From Alphaproteobacteria bacterium MarineAlpha5_Bin5 (lineage in GTDB: Bacteria; Pseudomonadota; Alphaproteobacteria; HIMB59; GCA-002718135), in contig PTKZ01000004.1 in NCBI GenBank assembly GCA_002938205.1, positions 25,587 through 89,586 on the forward strand: 64,000 bases of DNA, in the 5' to 3' direction. Shown here piece after piece: positions 39,344-48,836 of the stretch. Positions within the stretch are counted from its first letter, which is position 1; each line of letters opens with the position of its first letter. The position numbers and the translations under genes were made by a program. The notes beneath the pieces are model-generated. The model searched no databases, was not told the origin of the DNA, and saw only the letters and a program-made list of their open reading frames with translations.

Positions 39344-40555
39344 TTATTTGTATTCTTCCAACTCTTCAGCTGCTTCTGCAACTAAATCTGCTGCATCACC
39401 CTCTCCAAGAATTGATCCTTGAATCATTGAGTTCATTACAGCTTGGAATGCTTTATAATCAACAAATAGTGGTTCAGGTCCCCCATCACCAATTGCATCA
39501 ATAAACATCATCCAATAATCTTCATTGTATGGTGCTACTTTTCCAATTTGAGGATACTGCATAATTGGAGTCAAACCCCAATCAGTATCTAAGCTGTATT
39601 GAGAATCACCTGATGAAATTATACTTGCTAATTCCATTGCATGATCTTCAACGCCCGTATTATTGAAAACAGCAATACTATCTGTAATTAATAGTGTACC
39701 TTGACTTCCTTGTGGTCCAGCAGGAATTCTAACTGTACTTACATTTAGTCCTTCCTTATGCTGACCTCTTCCCCAAGGGCCATTAATATACATAGCAATT
39801 TTTTCATCATTAAATAGTTCAGTAAGTTGAGATCTCTCCCAAGCTAATGGACCTTCTTGAGCTACGTTAGCAAGTTTTCCATAAAATTCTAGAGCTTGAA
39901 CTGTATTAGATGAATCAAGAGTTATCTCATTAGTTAAGGGATCAATAACTTGTCCTCCATTACTATAAAGATAGTTTAAGAATTGGTGCATTGTATTATC
40001 AAAATCTTTACCTGCTAAACCAATACCAGCAACTCCAGCAACATTATTTGTCACAGCTTCTGCCATTGAATATAATTCATCCCATGTTTGAGGGCCTTCA
40101 CAAGCAACACCTGCTTGCTCTAGCAAACCACAATTCATGAAAAGAGCTTTAGTTGAAAACGCGTGAGGGAAGCCCCAAGTTTTTCCCATATGCGTAACTG
40201 TATTCAAAATACCTGGTTGATACATTGCTTGTTGAGAAGCAGGTATATTTGTTTCTAAAATATGACCATTTTCTGCAAGACCTTTTAAAGTTCTTGAACC
40301 TACATAAGAAAAAGCTACTGGATCTCCTGCTATTGCAAGATTTATTACTTTATCCTGACAAGTACCCCAAGGAACAGCCTCTAAAGTTACGTTAACATCA
40401 GGATTATTTTTCATATACTCATCAGCTATTTCTACATAATTAGGTCTAAGTTCGCTTCCGCAGAATACTCCGTGAACATCAGCAGAAAATGCCTTAAAAC
40501 CAGTTAATGCAAATATAGAGATAGTTAGAAATGAAGATAGTTTTGTAAAATTCAT
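39344..40555 (-). CDS. ABC transporter substrate-binding protein, CUT1 sugar/oligosaccharide type
   Basis: 403 aa with a signal peptide and the family-1 SBP layout. The strong SD GGAGGAAAT precedes the ATG. Downstream of three permease genes. Confidence 0.85.
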   Translation of the reverse strand: MNFTKLSSFLTISIFALTGFKAFSADVHGVFCGSELRPNYVEIADEYMKNNPDVNVTLEAVPWGTCQDKVINLAIAGDPVAFSYVGSRTLKGLAENGHILETNIPASQQAMYQPGILNTVTHMGKTWGFPHAFSTKALFMNCGLLEQAGVACEGPQTWDELYSMAEAVTNNVAGVAGIGLAGKDFDNTMHQFLNYLYSNGGQVIDPLTNEITLDSSNTVQALEFYGKLANVAQEGPLAWERSQLTELFNDEKIAMYINGPWGRGQHKEGLNVSTVRIPAGPQGSQGTLLITDSIAVFNNTGVEDHAMELASIISSGDSQYSLDTDWGLTPIMQYPQIGKVAPYNEDYWMMFIDAIGDGGPEPLFVDYKAFQAVMNSMIQGSILGEGDAADLVAEAAEELEEYK

Positions 40556-40635
40556 ATTTCCTCCATTTTAATTATAATTCACGATAACACTATCTAAAGA
40601 TAAGTAGCAAGAGTCTATTTATAATTTTTTAAGTA

Positions 40636-41475
40636 TTAATTTTTTACAGCTCCTGAAGTTAATCCCTCTACTATGTATTTTTGCAAAAATATGAATAAAA
40701 TCAATACTGGAGCTATTCCTACTAGAGAGGCAGCCATCATTTCATTCCATTTTACCGTGGTATAACCAATAAATTCATACAACCCTGAAGGTATTGGCAT
40801 GTATTCCTTCTTTTGATTAAAAGTGATGGCAAATAGAAATTGTTGAGCATAAGCACCTATGAATGCATAGATCCCAACTACTACCAAACCTGGTGTGCTA
40901 AGTGGAGCGATAATATGACTTAGTATTTGAACACGGGAAGCGCCATCAACAAACGCAGCTTCCTCAAGATCAACAGGAATTTTTTCAAAATAAGATTTTA
41001 ATAACCAAATAGCTGTTGGAATTAAAAAAGCAACACCAGGAACTATCATTGCTTGATATGTATTAAGTAATCCAAAAGTTCTTAAAACTTTATATAGAGG
41101 TATCAGCAGTACTGCTCCTGAAAACATATTAATTGCTAATAAAATATACAAAGAAGAATTTTTTAAAGGAAAACTAAAACGTGCATATGAATAAGCTGCA
41201 GGAATTACAAATAATAGCGTTATTAATGAAGTTGTTGTTGCAAGAAAAAAACTATTAAAAATATACCTTGGAAGCATTGGTACCGTACTCCACATTTCTC
41301 TATAAGCCCAGAATGATAAATCATCAGAAAAGAATTGATAAGGCGATCTAAATAAATGGTCTAATGGTCGAAGTGATGCATAAAACATTTCTATGAAAGG
41401 AAGTAAAATAAAAATTAAAAATATAGTTATTGAAAAATATAGAATTATTTTTTCGTAAAGTTTATATTTATTCAA
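40636..41475 (-). CDS. ABC sugar permease, MalG-type, copy B
   Basis: 279 aa with EAA loop EEAAFVDGASRVQIL.HIIAP. Paralog of the adjacent gene. Confidence 0.85.
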   Translation of the reverse strand: MNKYKLYEKIILYFSITIFLIFILLPFIEMFYASLRPLDHLFRSPYQFFSDDLSFWAYREMWSTVPMLPRYIFNSFFLATTTSLITLLFVIPAAYSYARFSFPLKNSSLYILLAINMFSGAVLLIPLYKVLRTFGLLNTYQAMIVPGVAFLIPTAIWLLKSYFEKIPVDLEEAAFVDGASRVQILSHIIAPLSTPGLVVVGIYAFIGAYAQQFLFAITFNQKKEYMPIPSGLYEFIGYTTVKWNEMMAASLVGIAPVLILFIFLQKYIVEGLTSGAVKN

Positions 41476-41476
41476 T

Positions 41477-42316
41477 TTAGTTTTTAACTGCTCCAGCAGT
41501 TAATCCTTCAACAATGTATTTTTGTAAAAATACAAATAATATTAATACAGGGGCTATTCCTACTAGAGAGGCAGCCATCATTTCATTCCATTTAACACTT
41601 TGGTATCCAATAAATTCATATAAACCTGAGGGTATAGGCATATATTCTTTTTTTTGGTTGAAAGTTATAGCAAATAGGAATTGTTGAGCATAAGCTCCTA
41701 TGAATGCATAGATACCTACAACGACTAATCCTGGCGTGCTCAGAGGTGCAATAATATGACGAAGGATTTGAACTCTTGAAGCTCCATCAACAAACGCAGC
41801 TTCCTCAAGATCAACAGGAATTTTTTCAAAATATGATTTTAATAACCAAATAGCTGTTGGAATTAAAAAAGCAACACCAGGAACTATCATTGCTTGATAA
41901 CTATTCAAAAGTCCAAATGTTCTAAGAACTTTATATAAAGGGATTAGTAAAACAGCTCCAGAAAACATATTTATAGCTAATAAAATATACAAAGAAGAAT
42001 TTTTGAAAGGAAAATTAAATCTTGCATATGAGTAAGCAGCGGGAATAACAAATAGTAAAGTTAAAATTGCTACCGAGGATGCTAAGAAAAAACTGTTAAA
42101 AATATATCGACCTAACATAGGTACTGTATTCCACATTTCTCTGTAAGCCCAAAAAGATAGGTCGTCAGAATAAAATTGATATGGGGATCTAAATAAATGA
42201 TCTAATGGTCGAAGAGATGCATAAAACATTTCAACGAAAGGTAAAAGAATAAACGTCATGAAAATAAAGATTGCTGAATAAATAAAAAGCTTTTCTAAAA
42301 ATGTATATTTATCCAT
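41477..42316 (-). CDS. ABC sugar permease, MalG-type, copy A
   Basis: 279 aa and colinear with copy B. About 30 of 279 residues differ by my manual alignment. Confidence 0.85.
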   Translation of the reverse strand: MDKYTFLEKLFIYSAIFIFMTFILLPFVEMFYASLRPLDHLFRSPYQFYSDDLSFWAYREMWNTVPMLGRYIFNSFFLASSVAILTLLFVIPAAYSYARFNFPFKNSSLYILLAINMFSGAVLLIPLYKVLRTFGLLNSYQAMIVPGVAFLIPTAIWLLKSYFEKIPVDLEEAAFVDGASRVQILRHIIAPLSTPGLVVVGIYAFIGAYAQQFLFAITFNQKKEYMPIPSGLYEFIGYQSVKWNEMMAASLVGIAPVLILFVFLQKYIVEGLTAGAVKN

Positions 42317-43208
42317 GTGAAATCTTCTTATTAATCCTTGCTAGAAGAGCTAAATAACAACCTGCAAATAAAGTTAATAAAATCATTACAACAACTGCTC
42401 TAGCCGCACCTCTTCCAAACTTATAATTACCTAACGCCTGCTTATATGTATCAATAATTAAAGTGGTTGTTGCACCTCTTGGTCCTCCTTCAGTCAATAT
42501 CCAAATTATTTCAAAAGAATTGAAAGTCCAAATTGCTGATAATATAGACATAGTAATTATTACTGGTGTAATTTGAGGAAGTGTAATTTTATAAAATCTG
42601 TCCCATTTAGAAGCACCATCACAATAAGCTGCTTCATATAAATCTTTTGGTACTCCTTGCATTGCTGCTAAGAAAAATACTGTCACCATTGGAGTTCCAA
42701 CCCATACGTCAGCTATAATTGTAGAAATAAAAGCGCTTTGCTTATATGCAAGAAAACCAAAAGGGCCATCCAAAATTCCTGTATGCATTCCAACACCAGC
42801 TATTATACCAAAATAACCATTATATAACCAAAGCCATCCAAGCATGCCTATGGCAATTGGCACTACCCATGGCGGCATAATTAAAACTCTAAACATTGAA
42901 CGTCCTTTTAGATTTGCATTCAATAAAACTGCACCAATTAAACCAATAAATAATTTCAGACTTACTGAAAAAAACATCCAAACAAAAGTTCTGGTAACAA
43001 TTTTATTAAACTTTTTGCTTGAGAGCATTTTTTCATAATTTTCAAAACCAACATAATCTTCTCCAGCCAAGCTAGAATTTGTAAAAGATAGTCTTATTGT
43101 TTCAAGAATTGGGTAAGCAACAATAAACAAAATATAAATTGCAGCAGGTGCTATTAGTGCGTACGCTAAAAATGTAGGAGAATTAAAAGATCTTAATTTT
43201 TTATTCAT
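42309..43208 (-). CDS. ABC sugar permease, MalF-type
   Basis: 299 aa with EAA loop EAAYCDGASKWDRFYKITLP. It overlaps the downstream permease by 8 nt. Confidence 0.85.
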   Translation of the reverse strand: MNKKLRSFNSPTFLAYALIAPAAIYILFIVAYPILETIRLSFTNSSLAGEDYVGFENYEKMLSSKKFNKIVTRTFVWMFFSVSLKLFIGLIGAVLLNANLKGRSMFRVLIMPPWVVPIAIGMLGWLWLYNGYFGIIAGVGMHTGILDGPFGFLAYKQSAFISTIIADVWVGTPMVTVFFLAAMQGVPKDLYEAAYCDGASKWDRFYKITLPQITPVIITMSILSAIWTFNSFEIIWILTEGGPRGATTTLIIDTYKQALGNYKFGRGAARAVVVMILLTLFAGCYLALLARINKKISHG

Positions 43209-43210
43209 TA

Positions 43211-44359
43211 TTACTTTTTCATTTCCTTGTCTAACCTATTCCAACTAGATGTTAAATCAATTATTTTACCTGTCTTTCTTGATTCATCTAGCTTCATAGC
43301 AACAAGGCCAGCTTCTAGACAGTCTTTGACATCTACAGGTAAATTTATTTTATCAGAATTGGTTAAATGCTGGTTAATATCTTTTAGCATAAGATTATCT
43401 GCACCATAATGGCCTTTTATCATTCCAAAAGCTGCTCCATAATCTTCATCTAAAATAATATTATTTTGTTGATCGTGTGCTTTTAAAAATCCGCGAACAA
43501 AGTCTCCTTCTACCATTCCATTTGTTCCTATTACAGCAAAGCGCCTAAACTCATCGGGTACACGCATGTTTGTATGAAAAGCTAAAGTGGCTCCATTTTC
43601 ATATTCTATAATTGCTACTTGATGATCAACAATATCAGCATCACTATCAAATACGTTTTTTTTTGCTTCCCAGCCTTCTAAATTATACCTTGTGTACTCT
43701 TCTAGTGAATCATTTGGCTTATTTTCTGGAATAAATGAATTCCTGCCACCAAAACTTGCAACTTTAATTGGTCTACTTTTTGTAATCATTGAATAAAAAT
43801 CAATATCATGGCAACATTTTTCCAACATAAAGCCTCCAGAATATTTTTCTTTTCTTCTCCAATTACGCATAAAAAAACCTCCATGCCATGGCATAATATG
43901 TTCTGATGCTTCAATTGATATAACTTCACCAATTTTATTTTTATCAATTAACTCTCTAACTGATCTTGCATGTTGTGAGTAACGTAGAACTAAACCTACA
44001 AGAATTTTATCTGGACCAAATTCTCTTATAAGTTTAGCAAGTTCAAAAGTTTGGTGTTCATTAACAACTATAGGTTTTTCAGCAAAAATCTTCAATCCTG
44101 AGTTTAAACCTTCTTTTATATGCTCTAAATGTAAATGATTTGGGGAACCAATCATAAGTAAATCTAATGATTCATTAGAAATCATTTCTTTCAAAGTTTT
44201 ATAATTCATATTTGGAAAAAAATTATTTTTAATAGCATATTCTTTTCCTATTGGCTTTGGGTCTACATAAGCAATCAAATCGACTCCGCTATTTATTTTT
44301 TTCAACTCATGAAAAACATGGGCAATTCTATTACCAAATCCTACTACTCCTATTTTCAA
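43211..44359 (-). CDS. Gfo/Idh/MocA-family NAD(P)-binding oxidoreductase
   Basis: N-terminal MKIGVVGFGNR Rossmann motif, EKP block, 382 aa, no signal peptide. Confidence 0.8.
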   Translation of the reverse strand: MKIGVVGFGNRIAHVFHELKKINSGVDLIAYVDPKPIGKEYAIKNNFFPNMNYKTLKEMISNESLDLLMIGSPNHLHLEHIKEGLNSGLKIFAEKPIVVNEHQTFELAKLIREFGPDKILVGLVLRYSQHARSVRELIDKNKIGEVISIEASEHIMPWHGGFFMRNWRRKEKYSGGFMLEKCCHDIDFYSMITKSRPIKVASFGGRNSFIPENKPNDSLEEYTRYNLEGWEAKKNVFDSDADIVDHQVAIIEYENGATLAFHTNMRVPDEFRRFAVIGTNGMVEGDFVRGFLKAHDQQNNIILDEDYGAAFGMIKGHYGADNLMLKDINQHLTNSDKINLPVDVKDCLEAGLVAMKLDESRKTGKIIDLTSSWNRLDKEMKK

Positions 44360-44388
44360 TATTAGCTCCTTAATTAATAATTATAATA

Positions 44389-46257
44389 CTAAAATTTGTG
44401 AAACTTCCAGCCCATTTTTGATAATAATTCAACACTATTTAATAAAGATGAACGAAATTGTGTCCAATTACGAAAAGATTTTGATCTCCAAGCAATCTCT
44501 GCCAATGTTGCTAATCTTGGATTAATCATTGAATCAAAATATTCTTTTTTAGTTATAGTCTCAGACCATAATTGCCCTTGTATTCCTTTTACATGCTGTT
44601 TTTTGTCTTCAGCAACTCCTTCAATTGGCTTCCATTCATGTATTTCTTTTACTTCTATTGTTGCTGCCCAACAAATACCTCTTTCACTAGTTGAATTATT
44701 GTATGCCATATCAAAATAGGTTTTTTGTCCTGGGCAAATAATTGTTTCAAAACCCTTTTTTAGGGATTCAATAGCTACATCTGGATGTTCCCAAGCAAAA
44801 ATTAAACATGATTTATCTATCTGCCCAGAACTACCTGATGATCCTATGTCATTATGAGGAGATAATGCTGCTTCGTTCCATGCTGCAGTTCTTTTCTTAT
44901 TATTTTTTAAAATTGAAATAATATTATTCATGTAAAAATCTTGCAATTCATCAAAATTTTTAAGATTATTTTTTTTCATAAATTCAATTACTTTTGGAGA
45001 ACCTTCCCAAGACTGTCTTGGTCTTTCGTCAACACCTACATGCACTACTTCAAAAGCAAAAATTTGACTTATTTCATTTAAAATATTCTTAAGAAATATA
45101 CTCGTTTCCTCAACAGACGGATTTATAGTATTATTAGGATAATTTCCAACATCTTCACTTTGAAGATTTTGAGATTGATCTCTTAATTCTGGCTTAATTT
45201 GAAGCAATGTCCAAGAATGGGCAGGTAAATCAATTTCAGGCATTATTTCAATATTAAGTTTTTTTGCGAATTCTATTAATTCTAGAATATTTTTTTTTGA
45301 ATAGTATCCTCCACATTTTGAATAACCACTTCCATAAAATGGAGGTATAAGTTGATTGTATCCTCTAAAAGCACCTATGCTAGTAAGTGAAGGATAACAA
45401 TCGAGTTCAATTCTCCAAGCTTCATTATCAGTTAAATGCCAATGAAATCTGTTCAATTTAAAAAGAGCCATATAACTAAGCAATCTTTTGATTTCATTAA
45501 CAGAGTAAAATTGTCTTGCACAATCAAGATGCATACCACGCCATTTCAAAGTAGGTTTATCTTCAATATTGCAATAAGGTAATTTGTTTTTATAAAAATG
45601 AATTAATTGTATTAAAGAAATTATTGCATAAAATTTGCCTGCATAATTATTATAAAATATTTCAATTGTATTTTCATTTACTTCAATTTTATATTCCTCA
45701 TCCTTAAGTTCTATTTTTGTAAAAATTAAAGGAAAACCTTCTTGTATATTAAAGTTTATATCCAATACTTCAGAGTAAGGTAAAAAAACTTCAAAAAAAT
45801 CTATATTCGCTGAGTTAATTTTAATATTAAGATTTTTTAGATTAATAAATTGATTTTTAAAATTAGCAACTTGAGGCTCAGGAATTATTGGATTAAAATT
45901 ATCAGAATATATATTTTCATAAGAAGGAGGTTTTATTTCATTTTCAAATATTAAAGTTTTTAAAGCTACCTGTAAGTGTTTTTCATTTTTATTAATTATA
46001 AATACACCCTCAGGACCACAAGATAAATTATAGGATTTTATTCTAGTAGGTTGAAGAGTAAGGTATATAGTATTTTGATTTGTGTTTAGCTCATAGTATC
46101 TACCAACTTTTTTCACTATAACGGCTCCCTCTATTGAAATAATTGAATAAACAAGAGAAAAACAAAATTTAAATTCACCATGATTTAAGTTATGGTTAGA
46201 AATATCTATTTTTAATTGGTTATTTTGTGTAAATATAGGCTGCACCTCAGGAATCAT
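44389..46257 (-). CDS. beta-N-acetylhexosaminidase (GH20)
   Basis: RGMHLDCARQF, HWHLTDNEAWR and the HVGVDE catalytic block. I prefer ATG at 46257 (Met18) over the TTG at 46308 in the ORF track. Confidence 0.85.
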   Translation of the reverse strand: MIPEVQPIFTQNNQLKIDISNHNLNHGEFKFCFSLVYSIISIEGAVIVKKVGRYYELNTNQNTIYLTLQPTRIKSYNLSCGPEGVFIINKNEKHLQVALKTLIFENEIKPPSYENIYSDNFNPIIPEPQVANFKNQFINLKNLNIKINSANIDFFEVFLPYSEVLDINFNIQEGFPLIFTKIELKDEEYKIEVNENTIEIFYNNYAGKFYAIISLIQLIHFYKNKLPYCNIEDKPTLKWRGMHLDCARQFYSVNEIKRLLSYMALFKLNRFHWHLTDNEAWRIELDCYPSLTSIGAFRGYNQLIPPFYGSGYSKCGGYYSKKNILELIEFAKKLNIEIMPEIDLPAHSWTLLQIKPELRDQSQNLQSEDVGNYPNNTINPSVEETSIFLKNILNEISQIFAFEVVHVGVDERPRQSWEGSPKVIEFMKKNNLKNFDELQDFYMNNIISILKNNKKRTAAWNEAALSPHNDIGSSGSSGQIDKSCLIFAWEHPDVAIESLKKGFETIICPGQKTYFDMAYNNSTSERGICWAATIEVKEIHEWKPIEGVAEDKKQHVKGIQGQLWSETITKKEYFDSMINPRLATLAEIAWRSKSFRNWTQFRSSLLNSVELLSKMGWKFHKF

Positions 46258-46281
46258 GTAAACATATATATTTTTTTTGAT

Positions 46282-47349
46282 ATGAGTTTTAAAGAAATTT
46301 TTAAACAAAAAGCAACAATAAATAAGAGCGCTAATGCTAGAGTAAATTTAATTGGGGAACATACTGATTATACAGGTGGATTTGTTTTACCTACTTTACT
46401 TAGATTTAAAACAACAATAGAAATATCGACAAATGAACAAAATGAGTTTCAAGTATATTCAGCACATTTTAAAGAAAAAAAAATATTTAATGATTTTATA
46501 AAATCTAAAAACAATGACTGGGTTGACTACGTAAAGGGATGTTTATTTGTTTTTTATGACGAATGTAAGCATATTCCCAATACTCCTTTAAACATATATA
46601 TTTCATCAAATATTCCTATGGAAAGAGGGGTATCTTCATCCTCAGCGTTATGCGTAGGAATAATTAAATCTCTTAATGAATTTTTTCAGTCACAAATGTC
46701 AAATAAACATATCGCAATTTTAGCTCAAAAAGTTGAAAGAGATTATATTGGTGTATCAGGTGGAATAATGGATCAAATGGTTTCATCAATCGGCATTCAT
46801 CGTAAAGCTTTTTTCTTAGATTGTTTGAGTTTAAAATATCAACTTATAAATATTCCTAAAAACTGGAAATTTTATTTAGTAGATTCAGCCGTGCAAAGAA
46901 ATTTAAGAGATAGTTCTTATAATGAAAGATACTCTGAATTAAAAAGTGCAGAAAGAGAGATGGGAGTTGAATATTTAGGATCAGTAAAATTAAAAAACTT
47001 TAATGAAAAAAAAATCTCTAATCCTTTAACCTTAAAAAGAGCTAAACATGTTGTAACTGAAAATGATAGAGTGTTAAAAGCAATAGAGTGCATAAATAAT
47101 AAAAATATTTCAGAATTCGGTAATTTAATGATTCAAAGTCATTTATCATACTCTAATGATTTTGAAGCTTCAACAAAGGATGTTGATCAAATTGTAGAAA
47201 ATTCAATAAAAGCTGGTGCAAATGGTGCAAGATTAACAGGTGGTGGATTTGGCGGTTTTACAGTTTCATTAATAGAAGAAAATAAACTTGATAAATGGTT
47301 GACGCAAATGACTAATAACTATGATATAAATAATATGTTTGAAGTTTAA
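46282..47349 (+). CDS. galactokinase-family GHMP sugar 1-kinase (galactose or N-acetylhexosamine)
   Basis: Galactokinase signature RVNLIGEHTDYTGG, GHMP motif PMERGVSSSSA, and C-terminal GARLTGGGFGG. I prefer ATG at 46282 over the upstream start at 46216. Confidence 0.85.
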   Translation: MSFKEIFKQKATINKSANARVNLIGEHTDYTGGFVLPTLLRFKTTIEISTNEQNEFQVYSAHFKEKKIFNDFIKSKNNDWVDYVKGCLFVFYDECKHIPNTPLNIYISSNIPMERGVSSSSALCVGIIKSLNEFFQSQMSNKHIAILAQKVERDYIGVSGGIMDQMVSSIGIHRKAFFLDCLSLKYQLINIPKNWKFYLVDSAVQRNLRDSSYNERYSELKSAEREMGVEYLGSVKLKNFNEKKISNPLTLKRAKHVVTENDRVLKAIECINNKNISEFGNLMIQSHLSYSNDFEASTKDVDQIVENSIKAGANGARLTGGGFGGFTVSLIEENKLDKWLTQMTNNYDINNMFEV

Positions 47350-48827
47350 TGAAAAAATACAAAAATTATATTAATGGAGAATTTTTAGATTCTAAATCTT
47401 CTAAAACTTTTAAAACATTTAATCCTGCTACCGAAAATGAATTTGCTGAAGTTGCAGAAGCAGGAGAATTTGAAGTTAATCTTGCTGTTGAATCTGCTAC
47501 TAAAGCTTTTCATGGAAAGTGGTCAAAATTATTACCAAAAGAAAGAGCAAAATTCTTACGGGCTATAGGTGATAAATTAATAGAAAATGCTGAACAATTA
47601 GGGACAATAGAGACTCAGAATACAGGAAAATTATTTAAAGAAACTAAATTTCAAGCAAATTATATTGCTGAATTTTATTATTATTATGCTGGTATTGTAG
47701 ATAAAATTGAAGGATCAACACTACCAATTGACAAAGAAGACATGCATGTTTTTACAACGCGTGTACCAGTAGGTGTAGTTGCTGCTGTTATACCATGGAA
47801 TTCACAAATGTTTTTAACAGCAGTTAAACTTGCACCAGCATTGGCAATGGGTAATACTGTTATAATAAAAGCTTCAGAAGTAGCTCCAGCGCCGCTTCTT
47901 GAATTTGCAAAATTAATAGATGAAGTAAAACTTCCTAAAGGTGTGGTTAATATAATCACAGGATTTGCTGAAAATTGTAGCAAAATACTAACAACGCATT
48001 CAAAAGTTGACAGGATAGCATTCACTGGTGGTGTTCAAACAGCAAAACACATCGTAAAAAACTCTGCAGAAAATCTAGCACATGTAACTTTAGAATTAGG
48101 AGGTAAAAGTCCTGTAGTTATTTTTAAAGATGCAAGAAAAGATAATGCAATTAATGGAGTAATGGCTAGTATTTTTGGAGCAAGTGGTCAAAGCTGTATT
48201 GCTGGTTCAAGATTATATTTGCAAGAAGAAATTTATGATGAATATTTACATGAAATAAAAAATAGGGCTCTTCAAATTATAATTGGAGACCCTATGGCTG
48301 CTAATACACAAATAGGCCCTTTAGCTACTTTAAAACAACTAACTAATATTGAAAATAAAATAAGTGAAACTCTTAAACATGGTGGAAGATTAGTAGTTGG
48401 TGGAAAAAAACCTGAAAACAAAGATTTGATTAAAGGTTATTACTTTGAGCCAACAGTGATTGAATGCGATAATCATAATCTTCCTGTTGCAGAAAATGAA
48501 TTATTTGGACCAGTTCTTTCAATTATGAAATTCAAAGATGAAGATCATGCTATTAAATTAATGAATGATAATAACTTTGGATTAGCTGCTGGTATATTTA
48601 CTGAAAACAATGGCATTGCAATGCGTGTTTCAAAAGCAGTTAGAGCAGGAATAATTTTTATAAATACCTACCGGCTTATCTCACCAGTTGCACCATTTGG
48701 TGGTTTTAAAAATAGTGGATTTGGAAGAGAGTCTGGTATGGAAGTAATAAAAGATTACTCTAATATTAAAACTACATGGATTAACACATCAACAAAAACA
48801 CTTGGTGATCCTTTTATAATTAGATAA
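47349..48827 (+). CDS. NAD(P)-dependent aldehyde dehydrogenase
   Basis: ELGGKSP block and catalytic Cys block SGQSCIAGSR. 492 aa. Its start overlaps the kinase gene's stop. Confidence 0.85.
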   Translation: MKKYKNYINGEFLDSKSSKTFKTFNPATENEFAEVAEAGEFEVNLAVESATKAFHGKWSKLLPKERAKFLRAIGDKLIENAEQLGTIETQNTGKLFKETKFQANYIAEFYYYYAGIVDKIEGSTLPIDKEDMHVFTTRVPVGVVAAVIPWNSQMFLTAVKLAPALAMGNTVIIKASEVAPAPLLEFAKLIDEVKLPKGVVNIITGFAENCSKILTTHSKVDRIAFTGGVQTAKHIVKNSAENLAHVTLELGGKSPVVIFKDARKDNAINGVMASIFGASGQSCIAGSRLYLQEEIYDEYLHEIKNRALQIIIGDPMAANTQIGPLATLKQLTNIENKISETLKHGGRLVVGGKKPENKDLIKGYYFEPTVIECDNHNLPVAENELFGPVLSIMKFKDEDHAIKLMNDNNFGLAAGIFTENNGIAMRVSKAVRAGIIFINTYRLISPVAPFGGFKNSGFGRESGMEVIKDYSNIKTTWINTSTKTLGDPFIIR

Positions 48828-48836
48828 AAAATCAAG

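Larger units (their letters stand above)
40636..42316 (-). repeat. tandem direct duplication (841-nt period) of a permease gene
   Basis: Two equal-length genes separated by 1 nt. A 116-nt block (40943-41058 vs 41784-41899) differs at a single base, while the rest carries many synonymous differences. Confidence 0.9.

Noticed and set aside
40556-40635. Possible operator-like inverted repeats (ATCTTTAGAT, GATAACACTATC) upstream of the amino-sugar SBP gene.
   Set aside because: The repeats are short and imperfect, they are not repeated elsewhere in the locus, and no regulator gene in the window can be linked to them. The evidence is too weak to annotate.
40636-42316. The duplicated permease genes as an assembly artefact or very recent duplication.
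   Set aside because: The copies differ at many synonymous and about 30 amino-acid positions, and both keep intact frames of identical length. Collapsed or artefactual repeats would be near-identical throughout.
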